Of a stretch of 64,000 nt of DNA, positions 22,058 to 33,183 are shown in pieces. This DNA is from Prochlorococcus sp. AG-679-M10 (GTDB lineage Bacteria; Cyanobacteriota; Cyanobacteriia; PCC-6307; Cyanobiaceae). The stretch spans positions 9,428 to 73,427 of the forward strand of contig QCUQ01000003.1 in the NCBI GenBank assembly GCA_003210655.1, written 5' to 3'. Below the pieces are notes generated by a model that was not told where the DNA came from, ran no database searches, and saw only the letters and a program-made list of their open reading frames with translations. The stretch's first letter is position 1, and each line of letters begins with the position of its first letter. The translations under genes and the position numbers were made by a program.

Positions 22058-24133
22058 TCAGGAGTTGCCCTGATTCTTGGAAATGATAGCTTCTGCAACA
22101 TTACGAGGAACTTCCTCATAATTTGCGAACTCCATTGAGAAAATACCCCGACCTTGAGTCATTGATCGGAGTTGAGTGGCATAACCGAACATTTCGGCTA
22201 AGGGCACTTTGGCCTGGACTTTGGACAATCCATCATCGACAGATTGTCCTTCGACTTGACCTCTCCTTGAAGAGAGATCACCAATTACAGATCCAAGAAA
22301 ATCATCAGGACTTTCGACCTCGACTTTCATCATAGGCTCTAATAGGACAGGATTGCATTTTTTAACCCCATCTTTAAAAGCCATTGAACCTGCAATTTTG
22401 AAGGCCATTTCAGATGAGTCTACATCGTGGAACGAACCATCGACTAGTGTTACTTTTACATCAATCAGCGGATAACCGGCAAGAACCCCTGATTCACAGG
22501 TTTCTTTCATTCCATTTGAGGCTGGTCCGATATATTCTTTAGGTACTGTTCCACCTACAATTTTGTTAACAAATTCAAAACCTTTACCGACCTCTGCAGG
22601 TTCCATTTCAATAACTACATGTCCGTATTGTCCTTTACCTCCTGTTTGTCTTGCATATTTACCTTCACCCTTGGAACTTGATCTGATTGTTTCTCTGTAA
22701 GAAACCTGAGGGGCACCTATATTTGCCTCAACTTTAAACTCCCTCAACATTCTGTCTACAAGTATTTCTAAATGCAGTTCCCCCATACCAGCTATAACAG
22801 TCTGATTCGTCTCTTGATCTGTACTTACCCTAAAGGTTGGATCTTCTTCAGACAAGGCTTGTAAGGCCTTAGAAAGTTTCTCCATATCTCCTTTAGTTTT
22901 TGGTTCTACAGCAACTGATATAACAGGTTCGGGGATAAATAGAGTTTCAAGAACTATTGGGTCATCGGTATTACATAAGGTGTCACCTGTTGTTGTATTC
23001 TTCAATCCCAACACAGCACCTAAATCTCCTGCTCTTAATTCATCAACTTCTTCCCTTTCATCGGCTTTTAAGATAACTAACCTTGAAATTCTCTCTTTAG
23101 CATCCTTAGTTGAATTCATAACATAACTGCCTTTAGAAAGCACTCCAGAATACATTCTTACAAAAGTTAGTTTTCCATAAGGATCAGACATGACTTTGAA
23201 AGCAAGTGCACTGAAAGGAGCATTATCATCCGAAGGTCTAACATCTTCTTTACCATTTGGTAAAACACCTTGAATTGGTTTTACATCAATTGGAGCTGGT
23301 AAATAATCAACTACTGCATCAAGAACTAATTGAACTCCTTTATTTTTAAAGGCTGATCCGCATAAAACAGGAACTAAACCATGTTTGAGAACTCCATCTC
23401 TAATCCCTTTTTTTAGTTGATCCTCAGTTAATTCTCCCTTATCCAAAAATATTTCAATTAATTCTTCATCATTTTCTGCGACACTTTCCATTAATTTACT
23501 TCTCCATTCCAATGCCTCATCTTTCATATCATCTGGTATTGGAGCTTCTTCAATATCAGTTCCTAAATCATTTTTGTATAAGTAGGCCTTGTTACTTACT
23601 AAATCTATAATTCCTGAAAGATCACCTTCAGCTCCTATTGGAAGTTGAATAGGAAAAGCATTTGCTTTGAGACGATCTTTAATTTGTTGATTAACTTTTA
23701 AGAAGTCTGCACCTGTTCTGTCCATCTTATTAACGAAAACCATCCTTGGAACAGAGTATCTATCAGCTTGTCTCCAAACAGTCTCTGATTGTGGCTGAAC
23801 TCCGCCTACCGCACAAAACACAGCTATAACACCATCTAAAACTCTCATTGATCTTTCAACTTCAATTGTGAAGTCAACGTGGCCTGGAGTATCAATAATA
23901 TTAATTCTATGATCCTGCCAACTTGTAGAAATAGCAGCAGCTGTGATAGTAATTCCTCTTTCTCTTTCTTGAGCCATCCAGTCTGTTACGGCAGCACCAT
24001 CATGTACTTCTCCGATTTTGTGAACAACCCCTGAATAAAAAAGTATTCTTTCTGTAGTAGTTGTTTTACCAGCGTCAATATGAGCGGCTATACCTATATT
24101 CCTTACTCGTTCAAGGGGAAAGTCGCGTGCCAA
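22058..24133 (-). CDS. fusA: elongation factor G
   Basis: [22 protein letters not shown]; TTG start. Confidence 0.99.
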   Translation of the reverse strand: MARDFPLERVRNIGIAAHIDAGKTTTTERILFYSGVVHKIGEVHDGAAVTDWMAQERERGITITAAAISTSWQDHRINIIDTPGHVDFTIEVERSMRVLDGVIAVFCAVGGVQPQSETVWRQADRYSVPRMVFVNKMDRTGADFLKVNQQIKDRLKANAFPIQLPIGAEGDLSGIIDLVSNKAYLYKNDLGTDIEEAPIPDDMKDEALEWRSKLMESVAENDEELIEIFLDKGELTEDQLKKGIRDGVLKHGLVPVLCGSAFKNKGVQLVLDAVVDYLPAPIDVKPIQGVLPNGKEDVRPSDDNAPFSALAFKVMSDPYGKLTFVRMYSGVLSKGSYVMNSTKDAKERISRLVILKADEREEVDELRAGDLGAVLGLKNTTTGDTLCNTDDPIVLETLFIPEPVISVAVEPKTKGDMEKLSKALQALSEEDPTFRVSTDQETNQTVIAGMGELHLEILVDRMLREFKVEANIGAPQVSYRETIRSSSKGEGKYARQTGGKGQYGHVVIEMEPAEVGKGFEFVNKIVGGTVPKEYIGPASNGMKETCESGVLAGYPLIDVKVTLVDGSFHDVDSSEMAFKIAGSMAFKDGVKKCNPVLLEPMMKVEVESPDDFLGSVIGDLSSRRGQVEGQSVDDGLSKVQAKVPLAEMFGYATQLRSMTQGRGIFSMEFANYEEVPRNVAEAIISKNQGNS

Positions 24134-24237
24134 TGTTAAAACTCCAAATAGAATGAATTGCTAAATAGCTAGAGTTTATTTATTCAAATAAACTTTTGTT
24201 TAATAATAAACTAATTAAGGACCATTTTGGGTCTAAA

Positions 24238-24708
24238 TTAGTATCTGTAGTGAGCAAAAGCCTTATTAGCTTCTGCCATTTTATGAGTATCTTCTCTCTT
24301 CTTAACTGCACTACCAGTTTCATTAGCTGCATCCATTAATTCACCTGCTAATTTTTGTGACATACTCTTTCCATTTCTTCCTCTTGAAAAAGTAACAAGC
24401 CATCTTAGTGCCATAGCAGTTCCTCTCTCTTGACGAACTTCCATAGGAACTTGATAGGTTGCACCTCCAACTCTTCTAGCTCTCACCTCTACTAAAGGGG
24501 TTGCATTTTTTACAGCTGTTTCAAATAACTCCACAGCATTTCCACCTGTTCTCTCACTGATTAAAGAGAATGCATCTGATAATATTTTTTGTGCAGTAGA
24601 TTTTTTACCATGTTTCATCAATCTTGAAATCATCATTGAGGCAAGACGACTATTAAATTGGGGGTCTGGTAAAACCGGTCTTTTTACTGCTGCATTACGA
24701 CGTGACAT
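24238..24708 (-). CDS. rpsG: 30S ribosomal protein S7
   Basis: [11 protein letters not shown] and [12 protein letters not shown]. Confidence 0.99.
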
Positions 24709-24734
24709 TTTAGAAAAGAATTGATGTTAAAAAA

Positions 24735-25112
24735 TTAATCATTTTTAGGGGCTTTTGCACCATATTTAGACCTGGATTGACGTCTATCTTTGACTCCTGC
24801 AGTATCTAAAGTTCCTCTTATTATATGGTATCTTACACCCGGCAGATCTTTAACTCTTCCTCCCCTTAGCAGGACTACAGAGTGTTCTTGTAAATTATGT
24901 CCGATTCCTGGAATATATGCGGTAACTTCAAAACCTGAAGTTAATCTAACTCTAGCAACTTTTCTTAGAGCAGAATTAGGTTTCTTAGGAGTAGATGTAT
25001 AAACTCTTGTACATACTCCTCTTCTCTCTGGACAAGATTTGAGTGCAGGAGATTTTGTTTTTCTTGTCAGACGTTTTCTTTCTGATCCAATTAATTGGGA
25101 AATGGTCGGCAT
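24735..25112 (-). CDS. rpsL: 30S ribosomal protein S12
   Basis: [10 protein letters not shown] and [12 protein letters not shown]. Confidence 0.99.
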   Translation of the reverse strand: MPTISQLIGSERKRLTRKTKSPALKSCPERRGVCTRVYTSTPKKPNSALRKVARVRLTSGFEVTAYIPGIGHNLQEHSVVLLRGGRVKDLPGVRYHIIRGTLDTAGVKDRRQSRSKYGAKAPKND

Positions 25113-25306
25113 CTATATTAATAGATAAAAATACATATCAATACATCATAACCTTTTACGAGTCATATCTAAAGCATTTTTGATTTTTTTTGATTTATAA
25201 ATAAAATTTTAATTTGTTTAGTAATTCTTCATTATTTTTGCTTTGTATTTTAAAATTCATTTTTATAATAGAAATAAATAAATTTTCTTATATAGTTAAA
25301 TAATCT

Positions 25307-28300
25307 ATGCGAGGGAGTATCAAAAGAAGCAACGAGCCATATCAAGATAGTTATTCTCCAAATGGAATTATTGGAGAGAAAGATGCTTGTGGTGTTGGTT
25401 TCATAGCAAATATTGATGGCAAAGAAAGTAATTGGATATTGAAGCAATCTTTAAAAGGTCTTAATTGTATGGAGCATAGAGGAGGATGCGGAGGAGATAG
25501 TGATTCTGGTGATGGGGCAGGAATTTTATGTTCAATTCCATGGGAATTTTTAGATAGAGAATTAAATTTAAATACTAAAAGCTACAAAAAACGAGGTTTA
25601 GGCATGATTTTTATGCCAAATAATGAATTGAAAGTTAAAGAATCAAAACTTATATGCGATGAAGAAGCTAAAGAATTAAATTTTAAAGAAACATTTTGGA
25701 GAAATGTACCTATTAAAAATGAAACATTAGGAGTTTTAGCAAAAGCAAACGCACCATTTATAAACCAATGGATCGTCTGCTTAGAAAAAGATGATAGTAG
25801 AGATATTGAGATGCTCTTATTTCAACTAAGAAAAAGAATTGAAAAAAGGATAAGAGATAATACAAAAAATGCTATCGGTGAATGCGAATTTTATTTCGCA
25901 TCACTTAGTTCTAAAACTGTTGTTTATAAGGGTATGGTTAGATCTGAAGTTTTATCAGAATTTTACGAAGACTTAAATAAAGAAGATTTTAAAGTTTCTT
26001 TTTCTGTTTACCATCGAAGATTTAGCACAAATACCTTACCAAAATGGCCTCTTGCTCAGCCAATGAGATTTTTGGGTCATAATGGAGAAATTAATACTCT
26101 TTTGGGTAATATCAATTGGGCGAAAGCATCAGAAACACATATAGATGATTACTGGGGAGAGTTGTCTCGTGATATTAAGCCAATAGTAGATAATAACAAA
26201 AGTGATTCATCAAATCTTGACGCAACACTAGAAATTAACATTCGTTCAGGCAATCTAATAACTGATTCCTTGTTGAAACTTGTTCCAGAAGCATTTCGAG
26301 ATCAACCAGAACTTGAAAGCAGAGAAGATATTAAGGCTTTTTATGAATATTCAGCTACTCTCCAAGAAGCTTGGGACGGTCCTGCTCTATTAGTATTTGC
26401 AGATGGAAACTATGTTGGAGCAACACTTGATAGGAATGGATTAAGACCTGCTAGATATTCAATTACCAATGATGGTTTTGTGATAATGGGTTCAGAGACA
26501 GGGGTAGTGGATATTGAAGAAAACAGAGTTATAGAAAAAGGACGTTTAGGGCCAGGCCAAATGCTCGCAGTAGATCTTTCTCAGAACAAAATTTTAAGAA
26601 ATTGGGAAGTTAAAGCAGAAGCTGCCAAAAGAAAAAATTATAAAAAACTGATACAAAAAAGAACTGTAAAACTCAAAAATAATGAATGGTCCAATACTTG
26701 TAATTTAAAAGATTTTGAATTACTCCAACAGCAAACTGCTTTTGGTTTTTCCTCAGAAGACAATGACCTCATTCTTGATTCAATGGCTTCTCTTTCTAAG
26801 GAGCCAACATATTGTATGGGTGACGATATACCATTAGCAGTCCTCTCTTCTAAACCTCATATTTTATACGACTACTTTAAACAAAGATTTGCACAAGTTA
26901 CTAATCCTCCCATAGATCCTTTAAGAGAAAAATTAGTAATGAGTTTAGAGATGCATTTAGGTGAAAGATCCTCTCCCTTCGAATCTAATGATATTAAGCC
27001 TCTCATACATTTAAAAAGTCCAATTATTAATGAACAACAATTAATTTCATTAAAAGAATCAGAAATTAAATCAAAAACCATTTCAAGTTTATTTGATATT
27101 GAGGAAGGAATAAAAGGATTTGAAGCAAAGTTAGATGATATTTGTAAAGTAAGCGAGAAAGCAATAAAAGAAGGCTGTTCTTTAATAATCATTTCTGACA
27201 AAGGAGTCAGTTCCAAACAAAGTTTTATTCCTCCTTTATTAGCTGTAGGTGCAATTCATCATTATCTTCTTAAAAAAGAAATAAGATTAAAAGCCTCGCT
27301 AATAATTGAAACTGGTCAATGTTGGAGCACGCATCACCTAGCTTGTTTAATTGGTTATGGAGTTAGCGCTGTATGCCCTTGGTTAACACTTGAATCTGGG
27401 AGACATTGGTTACAACATCCAAAAACACAAAAGCTTATTGCTACTAAGAAAATCAATCCACTATCAATCGATGACGTTCAGGAAAATATCAAAAAAGCTT
27501 TAGAAGATGGATTAAGAAAAATACTTTCAAAAATAGGGATTTCCCTTTTATCTAGTTATCATGGTGCTCAAATATTTGAAGCTGTAGGTCTTGGCTCTGA
27601 CTTAATTAAAATAGCTTTCGATGGAACAACAAGTCGAATTGCAGGGATCACACTAAAAGAACTTGCAAATGAATCACTCTTAATTCATACCAAAGCCTTT
27701 CCAGAAATAGATTTAAAAAAATTAGAGTTTCTTGGATTTGTTCAGTTTAGAAATAATGGCGAATATCACTCTAATAATCCTGAAATGTCAAAGGTTTTAC
27801 ATTCTGCCCTAAAGCAAGGACCAGGATACGATCATTTCGAGACTTATAAAACACTTATTCGAAATAGACCTGTAACTTCATTAAGAGATTTACTGTCAAT
27901 TAACTCGACAAGAAAAAGTATCCCCATAGAGGAGGTTGAAAGTGTTGAATCAATATGTAAAAGGTTTTGTACTGGAGGAATGAGTTTAGGAGCATTATCA
28001 AGAGAAGCTCATGAAGTGTTGGCCGTTGCAATGAACAGAATTGGTGGAAAAAGTAATAGCGGGGAAGGAGGAGAAGATCCTGCTCGTTTTAATGTATTGA
28101 ATGATATTGATCAAAATACTCAATCGGCAATATTACCATCTATAAAAGGCCTAGAAAATGGGGATACTGCTTGCTCAGCTATTAAACAAATAGCCTCTGG
28201 AAGATTTGGGGTTACTCCAGAATATCTAAGAAGTGGGAAGCAACTTGAAATAAAAATGGCTCAAGGAGCTAAGCCAGGCGAAGGTGGCCAATTACCAGGA

Positions 28301-29872
28301 CCAAAAGTTGATTCATATATTGCAAAGCTAAGAAACAGCAAACCTGGAGTAGCCTTAATATCTCCACCCCCACATCATGATATTTACTCTATTGAAGACT
28401 TGGCTCAGTTAATTCATGACTTGCACCAAGTTCATCCAAGAGCGAAGGTCAGTGTAAAGCTAGTTTCTGAAATTGGGATAGGTACTATCGCTGCTGGAGT
28501 TAGCAAAGCGAATGCTGATGTAATACAAATTTCCGGGCATGATGGAGGTACTGGGGCTTCCCCTCTAAGTTCTATTAAACATGCTGGTTTACCGTGGGAA
28601 TTAGGTGTTGCAGAAGTCCATAAATCCCTTATGGAAAATAATCTTAGAGAGAGAGTACTTTTAAGAACTGATGGCGGACTTAAAACAGGATGGGATGTAG
28701 TAATCGCAGCTATTTTAGGTGCGGAAGAATTTGGCTTTGGTTCAGTAGCAATGATTGCTGAAGGCTGCATAATGGCGCGTGTTTGTCATACAAACAAATG
28801 TCCTGTGGGTGTAGCTACTCAAAAAGAGGAATTAAGAAAAAGGTTTAAAGGTTTACCTGAAAATGTCGTTAACTTTTTCTTATATATTGCTGAAGAGATA
28901 AGACAAATAATGAGTAGCATTGGTGTATCTAATATGGAGGAATTGATTGGCAATCAGGAATTTCTAACAGCAAGAGATATTAAACTTCCAAAAACTGCAA
29001 ATATTGATCTTAGTTCTCTAATTAAAAAAGGGACTCAAAATAAAGATAGGTCATGGTTAAAGCATTCTAAGACTGCTCATACTAATGGATATGTATTAGA
29101 GGATCAATTTTTGTCTGATAATGAATTCATGAATTCTATTAAGAATCATGGAAAATTAATTAAAGAAATAGAAATCAAGAACACTGACAGAAGTGTATGT
29201 GCAAAAATATCAGGTGAAATTGCGGGGCTTTATGGAAATAATGGATTTAATGGTGAACTAAATCTCAATTTCAAAGGATACGCAGGACAGAGTTTTGGTG
29301 CTTTTTTATTAAAAGGAATGCATATCCAATTAATTGGAGAAGCTAATGATTATGTTTGCAAAGGAATGAATGGAGGTGTAGTTACTATTGTTCCTCCCAA
29401 AGTAGATGAGAAATCTTCAGAGCAAGTAATATTGGGTAATACCTGTCTTTATGGAGCAACAGGAGGCAAGTTATTTGCTTTAGGTAAATCCGGAGAAAGA
29501 TTTGCTGTTAGAAATAGTGGAGCTACAGCAGTCACAGAAGGTTCGGGCGACCATTGTTGTGAATATATGACTGGTGGCAAGATAGTAATTTTAGGTTCAA
29601 CAGGAAGAAATATTGGAGCAGGAATGACTGGTGGAATAGCTTATATACTTGATGAAAATAATGATTTAGAAAATAAAGTGAATAAGGAAATAGCCAGTAT
29701 CCATAAAATAACTAACCTCAAGCAAGAAGAGATTTTATTAGGTATTCTTAGTGAATATCAAGAAAAAACAAAGAGTCTAAAAGCATCCAAAATAATCAAC
29801 AATTGGTCTAATTTTAAGGGAATTTTTAAAATAGTTGTTCCTCCTAGCGAAGAAGAAATGCTTGGTATATAA
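25307..29872 (+). CDS. glsF: ferredoxin-dependent glutamate synthase (Fd-GOGAT, GlsF/GltB family)
   Basis: CGVGF amidotransferase Cys, HRRFSTNT, QGAKPGEGGQLPG, 3Fe-4S GCIMARVCHTNKCP, GXGXG C-terminal domain; no gltD alongside. Confidence 0.96.
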   Translation: MRGSIKRSNEPYQDSYSPNGIIGEKDACGVGFIANIDGKESNWILKQSLKGLNCMEHRGGCGGDSDSGDGAGILCSIPWEFLDRELNLNTKSYKKRGLGMIFMPNNELKVKESKLICDEEAKELNFKETFWRNVPIKNETLGVLAKANAPFINQWIVCLEKDDSRDIEMLLFQLRKRIEKRIRDNTKNAIGECEFYFASLSSKTVVYKGMVRSEVLSEFYEDLNKEDFKVSFSVYHRRFSTNTLPKWPLAQPMRFLGHNGEINTLLGNINWAKASETHIDDYWGELSRDIKPIVDNNKSDSSNLDATLEINIRSGNLITDSLLKLVPEAFRDQPELESREDIKAFYEYSATLQEAWDGPALLVFADGNYVGATLDRNGLRPARYSITNDGFVIMGSETGVVDIEENRVIEKGRLGPGQMLAVDLSQNKILRNWEVKAEAAKRKNYKKLIQKRTVKLKNNEWSNTCNLKDFELLQQQTAFGFSSEDNDLILDSMASLSKEPTYCMGDDIPLAVLSSKPHILYDYFKQRFAQVTNPPIDPLREKLVMSLEMHLGERSSPFESNDIKPLIHLKSPIINEQQLISLKESEIKSKTISSLFDIEEGIKGFEAKLDDICKVSEKAIKEGCSLIIISDKGVSSKQSFIPPLLAVGAIHHYLLKKEIRLKASLIIETGQCWSTHHLACLIGYGVSAVCPWLTLESGRHWLQHPKTQKLIATKKINPLSIDDVQENIKKALEDGLRKILSKIGISLLSSYHGAQIFEAVGLGSDLIKIAFDGTTSRIAGITLKELANESLLIHTKAFPEIDLKKLEFLGFVQFRNNGEYHSNNPEMSKVLHSALKQGPGYDHFETYKTLIRNRPVTSLRDLLSINSTRKSIPIEEVESVESICKRFCTGGMSLGALSREAHEVLAVAMNRIGGKSNSGEGGEDPARFNVLNDIDQNTQSAILPSIKGLENGDTACSAIKQIASGRFGVTPEYLRSGKQLEIKMAQGAKPGEGGQLPGPKVDSYIAKLRNSKPGVALISPPPHHDIYSIEDLAQLIHDLHQVHPRAKVSVKLVSEIGIGTIAAGVSKANADVIQISGHDGGTGASPLSSIKHAGLPWELGVAEVHKSLMENNLRERVLLRTDGGLKTGWDVVIAAILGAEEFGFGSVAMIAEGCIMARVCHTNKCPVGVATQKEELRKRFKGLPENVVNFFLYIAEEIRQIMSSIGVSNMEELIGNQEFLTARDIKLPKTANIDLSSLIKKGTQNKDRSWLKHSKTAHTNGYVLEDQFLSDNEFMNSIKNHGKLIKEIEIKNTDRSVCAKISGEIAGLYGNNGFNGELNLNFKGYAGQSFGAFLLKGMHIQLIGEANDYVCKGMNGGVVTIVPPKVDEKSSEQVILGNTCLYGATGGKLFALGKSGERFAVRNSGATAVTEGSGDHCCEYMTGGKIVILGSTGRNIGAGMTGGIAYILDENNDLENKVNKEIASIHKITNLKQEEILLGILSEYQEKTKSLKASKIINNWSNFKGIFKIVVPPSEEEMLGI

Positions 29873-29881
29873 AGTTAATGA

Positions 29882-30175
29882 ATGCCTATTTTTATAAAGA
29901 CTGAACTCATAAAAAAAGAATACTTAATTCAAAAAGATAAAAGAAAGAAAATAATCAATGAACATATCAAATGGATAGAAAATTTAAAGAAAAAAGGAAT
30001 AAATATCAAAAGTGGGTTTCTGGTCGATGAATTCAAACAACCAGGAGCTGGTGGGTTACTAATTCTTGAAATTGGAACGTATAAAGAAGCCTTAGAAATT
30101 ATAAAAAAAGATCCGATGATAAAAAATAATATTGTCGAATGGAAATTAAATGAATGGATTAATATTAATCAATAG
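29882..30175 (+). CDS. YciI-family protein
   Basis: EHIKW, SGFLVD, GGLLI and DPM pattern; 97 aa. Confidence 0.82.
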   Translation: MPIFIKTELIKKEYLIQKDKRKKIINEHIKWIENLKKKGINIKSGFLVDEFKQPGAGGLLILEIGTYKEALEIIKKDPMIKNNIVEWKLNEWININQ

Positions 30176-30184
30176 ATAGTTTAA

Positions 30185-31078
30185 TTATCTTGGAAACTTT
30201 TTCATGAGTTTCTGAATCTCTTCAGCATGATAACTACTACGAGTTAAAGGAGAACTGACAACTTGCATAAACCCTAATTCATTTTCTCCAAATAATTTAA
30301 AATAATTAAATTTTGAAGGGGTAACAAATCTTTGAACTTGAAGATGTTTTGGACCTGGAGATAAATATTGACCAATAGTAACTATATCTACATCATTTTT
30401 TCTTAAATCCATAAGAAGAGTAAGAACTTCATCATCCTTTTCGCCTAATCCCAACATAAATCCAGATTTAGTATAAACACTTGGGAAATATTCTCTTGTT
30501 CTTTTAAGTAACTCTAAAGTTCTTTGATAGTTTCCTTGTGGCCTTACTTTCCTATACAAAGCTGAGACAGTTTCAATATTATGATTTAAAACATTTGGTC
30601 TAGAATCTAAAATCTTTTCAAGTGCTGACCACTTACCACATAAATCTGGAATTAATAATTCAATAGTTGTTTCAGGGGATTTTTTTCTGATTTCAGAAAC
30701 ACATTTATAAAACTGAGAGGCTCCACCATCATCTAGATCATCTCTATTAACGGAGGTAATCACAACATGTTTAAGTTTTAATCTAAAAACAGCCTCTGCT
30801 AAACGATCTGGTTCTGTTGCGTCTAAATCTCTCTTGGATCTATCAAAATCAATATCACAATATGGACATGCTCTAGTACAACCTGGGCCCATAATTAAAA
30901 AAGTTGCAGTCCCGCTAGCAAAACATTCGCCAATATTAGGACAGCTTGCTTCTTGACATACAGTATTTAATTTTAAATCACTCAATAAATTTGCAGTATT
31001 TCCTATTCTCTCAACTTGAGGTGCTTTTACTCTTAACCAGTCAGGCTTCGTAACTGTATTTTCAGAAGTATTTGTCAA
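30185..31078 (-). CDS. lipA: lipoyl synthase
   Basis: [26 protein letters not shown] and RSSYHA. Confidence 0.97.
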   Translation of the reverse strand: MTNTSENTVTKPDWLRVKAPQVERIGNTANLLSDLKLNTVCQEASCPNIGECFASGTATFLIMGPGCTRACPYCDIDFDRSKRDLDATEPDRLAEAVFRLKLKHVVITSVNRDDLDDGGASQFYKCVSEIRKKSPETTIELLIPDLCGKWSALEKILDSRPNVLNHNIETVSALYRKVRPQGNYQRTLELLKRTREYFPSVYTKSGFMLGLGEKDDEVLTLLMDLRKNDVDIVTIGQYLSPGPKHLQVQRFVTPSKFNYFKLFGENELGFMQVVSSPLTRSSYHAEEIQKLMKKFPR

Positions 31079-31440
31079 ATTAATTTATTCAACCTAATCA
31101 TTTCTAACTTTAATCAAAATATTTTAAATTTACTATTTTTATTTACTTCACTAAAGAAATTAAATTTCTAATTAACGCTGGAATTAATTTAAATATTACT
31201 TTTAGAAAAAAATTTAGCATTTTTTTAAACATTTTCCCACAAAAACTAATTAAGCAATCAACTAACTGTTCTAATAACATAAACTAGGACAATATACAGA
31301 ACGTTATTTTTAATACAGTTTTAAAACGATATTATATATTTCTTAATAAATTAAATTCTTAATTTTATTACAAAATAATGTTCTATAAAGTGTTTTTTTC
31401 TAAAGTATTTGATACAGTTAAAAATATATGTATTAAAACG

Positions 31441-32064
31441 TTGACTATTAAATTTAAAAGAAAACGTTTTCTTTTATCTGAAAAAAATAAGAAATCCAAA
31501 ACTATTGGATATGCAAGAGCTATAGATAGTGAATTTGATTACTTAAAAGAACAAATAAAATGCTTAAAAAATGAGGGTTGCAGCTTAATATTTTCTGAAA
31601 TCGTAAGTTTAGATGAAGAAATAAAACCCGAACTTAGAAAAGCTCTAAATTATTTATCAAAAGGAGATGAATTAGTCGTTACAAAACTAGATCGGGCATT
31701 TTCTAACAGGAATGAATGTATAAAAACAATTCATAAACTCTTGAATAATGATGTTAGGTTGAGAACTTTGTCTGGTTTTTTATCTCCCAAACATTCATCA
31801 GATATATCTTTGTCAGTCTTTAATATTTTATATGAGTTAGATAATTTAGATAATGAGTGTTTGGGAGAGAGGAAAAAAGAACTTATTTCGCAAAGAAGAT
31901 TAAATGGAAATAATTTAGGTGGCAGACCGAAAATTAGTCCTTTAAAAGAATCATTAGTGATGAGATTACGTAATGAGGGTTGCTCATATCGATCAATCAG
32001 AACTCAAACTGGAATTGCTTTATCAACAATTAGAAGAATAATTTTAGATGGAGAAGCTAGCTGA
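31441..32064 (+). CDS. serine resolvase-like protein with C-terminal HTH; catalytic residues degenerate
   Basis: IGYAR, GDELVVTKLDR, GGRPK and HTH SYRSIRTQTGIALSTIRR; TTG 31441 preferred over ATG 31378 (uncertain). Confidence 0.88.
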   Translation: MTIKFKRKRFLLSEKNKKSKTIGYARAIDSEFDYLKEQIKCLKNEGCSLIFSEIVSLDEEIKPELRKALNYLSKGDELVVTKLDRAFSNRNECIKTIHKLLNNDVRLRTLSGFLSPKHSSDISLSVFNILYELDNLDNECLGERKKELISQRRLNGNNLGGRPKISPLKESLVMRLRNEGCSYRSIRTQTGIALSTIRRIILDGEAS

Positions 32065-32278
32065 TATGAATAAAAAAGAACTTGAAAACCTTATTAAAGA
32101 AAACCTTAAAGATACTGCATTACGCATTCATGAATTAGATAATAAAGATAGAAATAGTTTAATAGCTGAATATAAAGAATGGATTCTGAATGACTTTGAT
32201 TTTGATGAGGTTATGATGTTACCTTACGAAGCCTATACAAATAAATTAGATGGAGATTTCTTAGATGATTTAAATTGA
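32048..32278 (+). CDS. small acidic hypothetical protein
   Basis: 76-aa ORF overlapping the end of the resolvase-like gene; alternative ATG at 32066; LIAEYKEWI segment. Confidence 0.65.
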   Translation: MEKLADMNKKELENLIKENLKDTALRIHELDNKDRNSLIAEYKEWILNDFDFDEVMMLPYEAYTNKLDGDFLDDLN

Positions 32279-32280
32279 TA

Positions 32281-33180
32281 TCAAACAAAATTATTATTAT
32301 ATTTGTAAACAGCCTTTGCTATTTCGGGAAATAAGGTCTCATCTTTGAAGTATTTTTCTCCATTACCAAAAACAACTAATAAAGTCTGTACTGAGTCGTT
32401 ATTAACCCACCAAGCAGCATCATGTCTAGCTTGTGACATTAGACCTGCTTTACTCCAGAAATTAATATTCTCAGGTAATCCCTCTCCTAAAAAACCATCT
32501 ACTTGATTAAGAGGATCATTATTAAGAACATTCTTATTTAAATTTCTTTTTAAAAAACTTCTTAAATTTAAATTATCTTTTTGATAATCAATCTTTATCA
32601 TTATCTCCTCCAAAATCCTAGCAGTAGCATCAGTTGTCATCATATTTCTATTGCTGTTTTCAGTTCCGTAAAATTCTTTTTCTCGACCATATGGTCCATC
32701 ATCCCAAGTTTTTTGGCAGCAATTTATTTCATTTAATTCATTCCAATTAAGCTCTTTTAACCAATCATTGATTATTGATCTTTGATATTTCCAATTCTCC
32801 CAAAGATCTCCTTCTATAGATGGACCGCTTGTAGTCCCAGTGATAATATCGATTAAAAAGCTTGTTGCATCATTACTTGAGTAAAAAAGCATTTTATTGA
32901 CTGCATCACTTATTTCTTGAGTTAATAATATTTTCTTTGTATCAATCCATGAGTATGCAGCAAGGCCATAAATTAGCTTTACGATGCTTGCAGGATAAAT
33001 GAGTTTTCTATTATTGATTCCAAATCCAAAGCCTTTATTTATATGATTGCTTTCACTTTTATAATTGATCCAAGTTATTGCGATATCATTCCTTAAATTT
33101 TCTATATTGTTGGAGCAAACTCTGTCTAAAATACCATTTAAGGCTAAACCCATTTCTTCTTGTAAATAATAAAAAGACAT
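32281..33180 (-). CDS. class A beta-lactamase-like serine hydrolase (penicillin-binding-protein fold)
   Basis: PASIVKL (SxxK), SSNDAT and WSKAG motifs; ATG at 33180. Confidence 0.87.
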   Translation of the reverse strand: MSFYYLQEEMGLALNGILDRVCSNNIENLRNDIAITWINYKSESNHINKGFGFGINNRKLIYPASIVKLIYGLAAYSWIDTKKILLTQEISDAVNKMLFYSSNDATSFLIDIITGTTSGPSIEGDLWENWKYQRSIINDWLKELNWNELNEINCCQKTWDDGPYGREKEFYGTENSNRNMMTTDATARILEEIMIKIDYQKDNLNLRSFLKRNLNKNVLNNDPLNQVDGFLGEGLPENINFWSKAGLMSQARHDAAWWVNNDSVQTLLVVFGNGEKYFKDETLFPEIAKAVYKYNNNFV

Positions 33181-33183
33181 TTT

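Noticed and set aside
31079-32278. Resolvase locus as an active mobile element
   Set aside because: No transposase, terminal repeats, target duplication or cargo, and the catalytic serine motif is lost.
32281-33180. Beta-lactamase as an antibiotic-resistance gene
   Set aside because: Class A-like fold proteins in cyanobacteria are generally PBP-like serine hydrolases; context with NlpC/P60 suggests wall metabolism, and resistance cannot be inferred from sequence.
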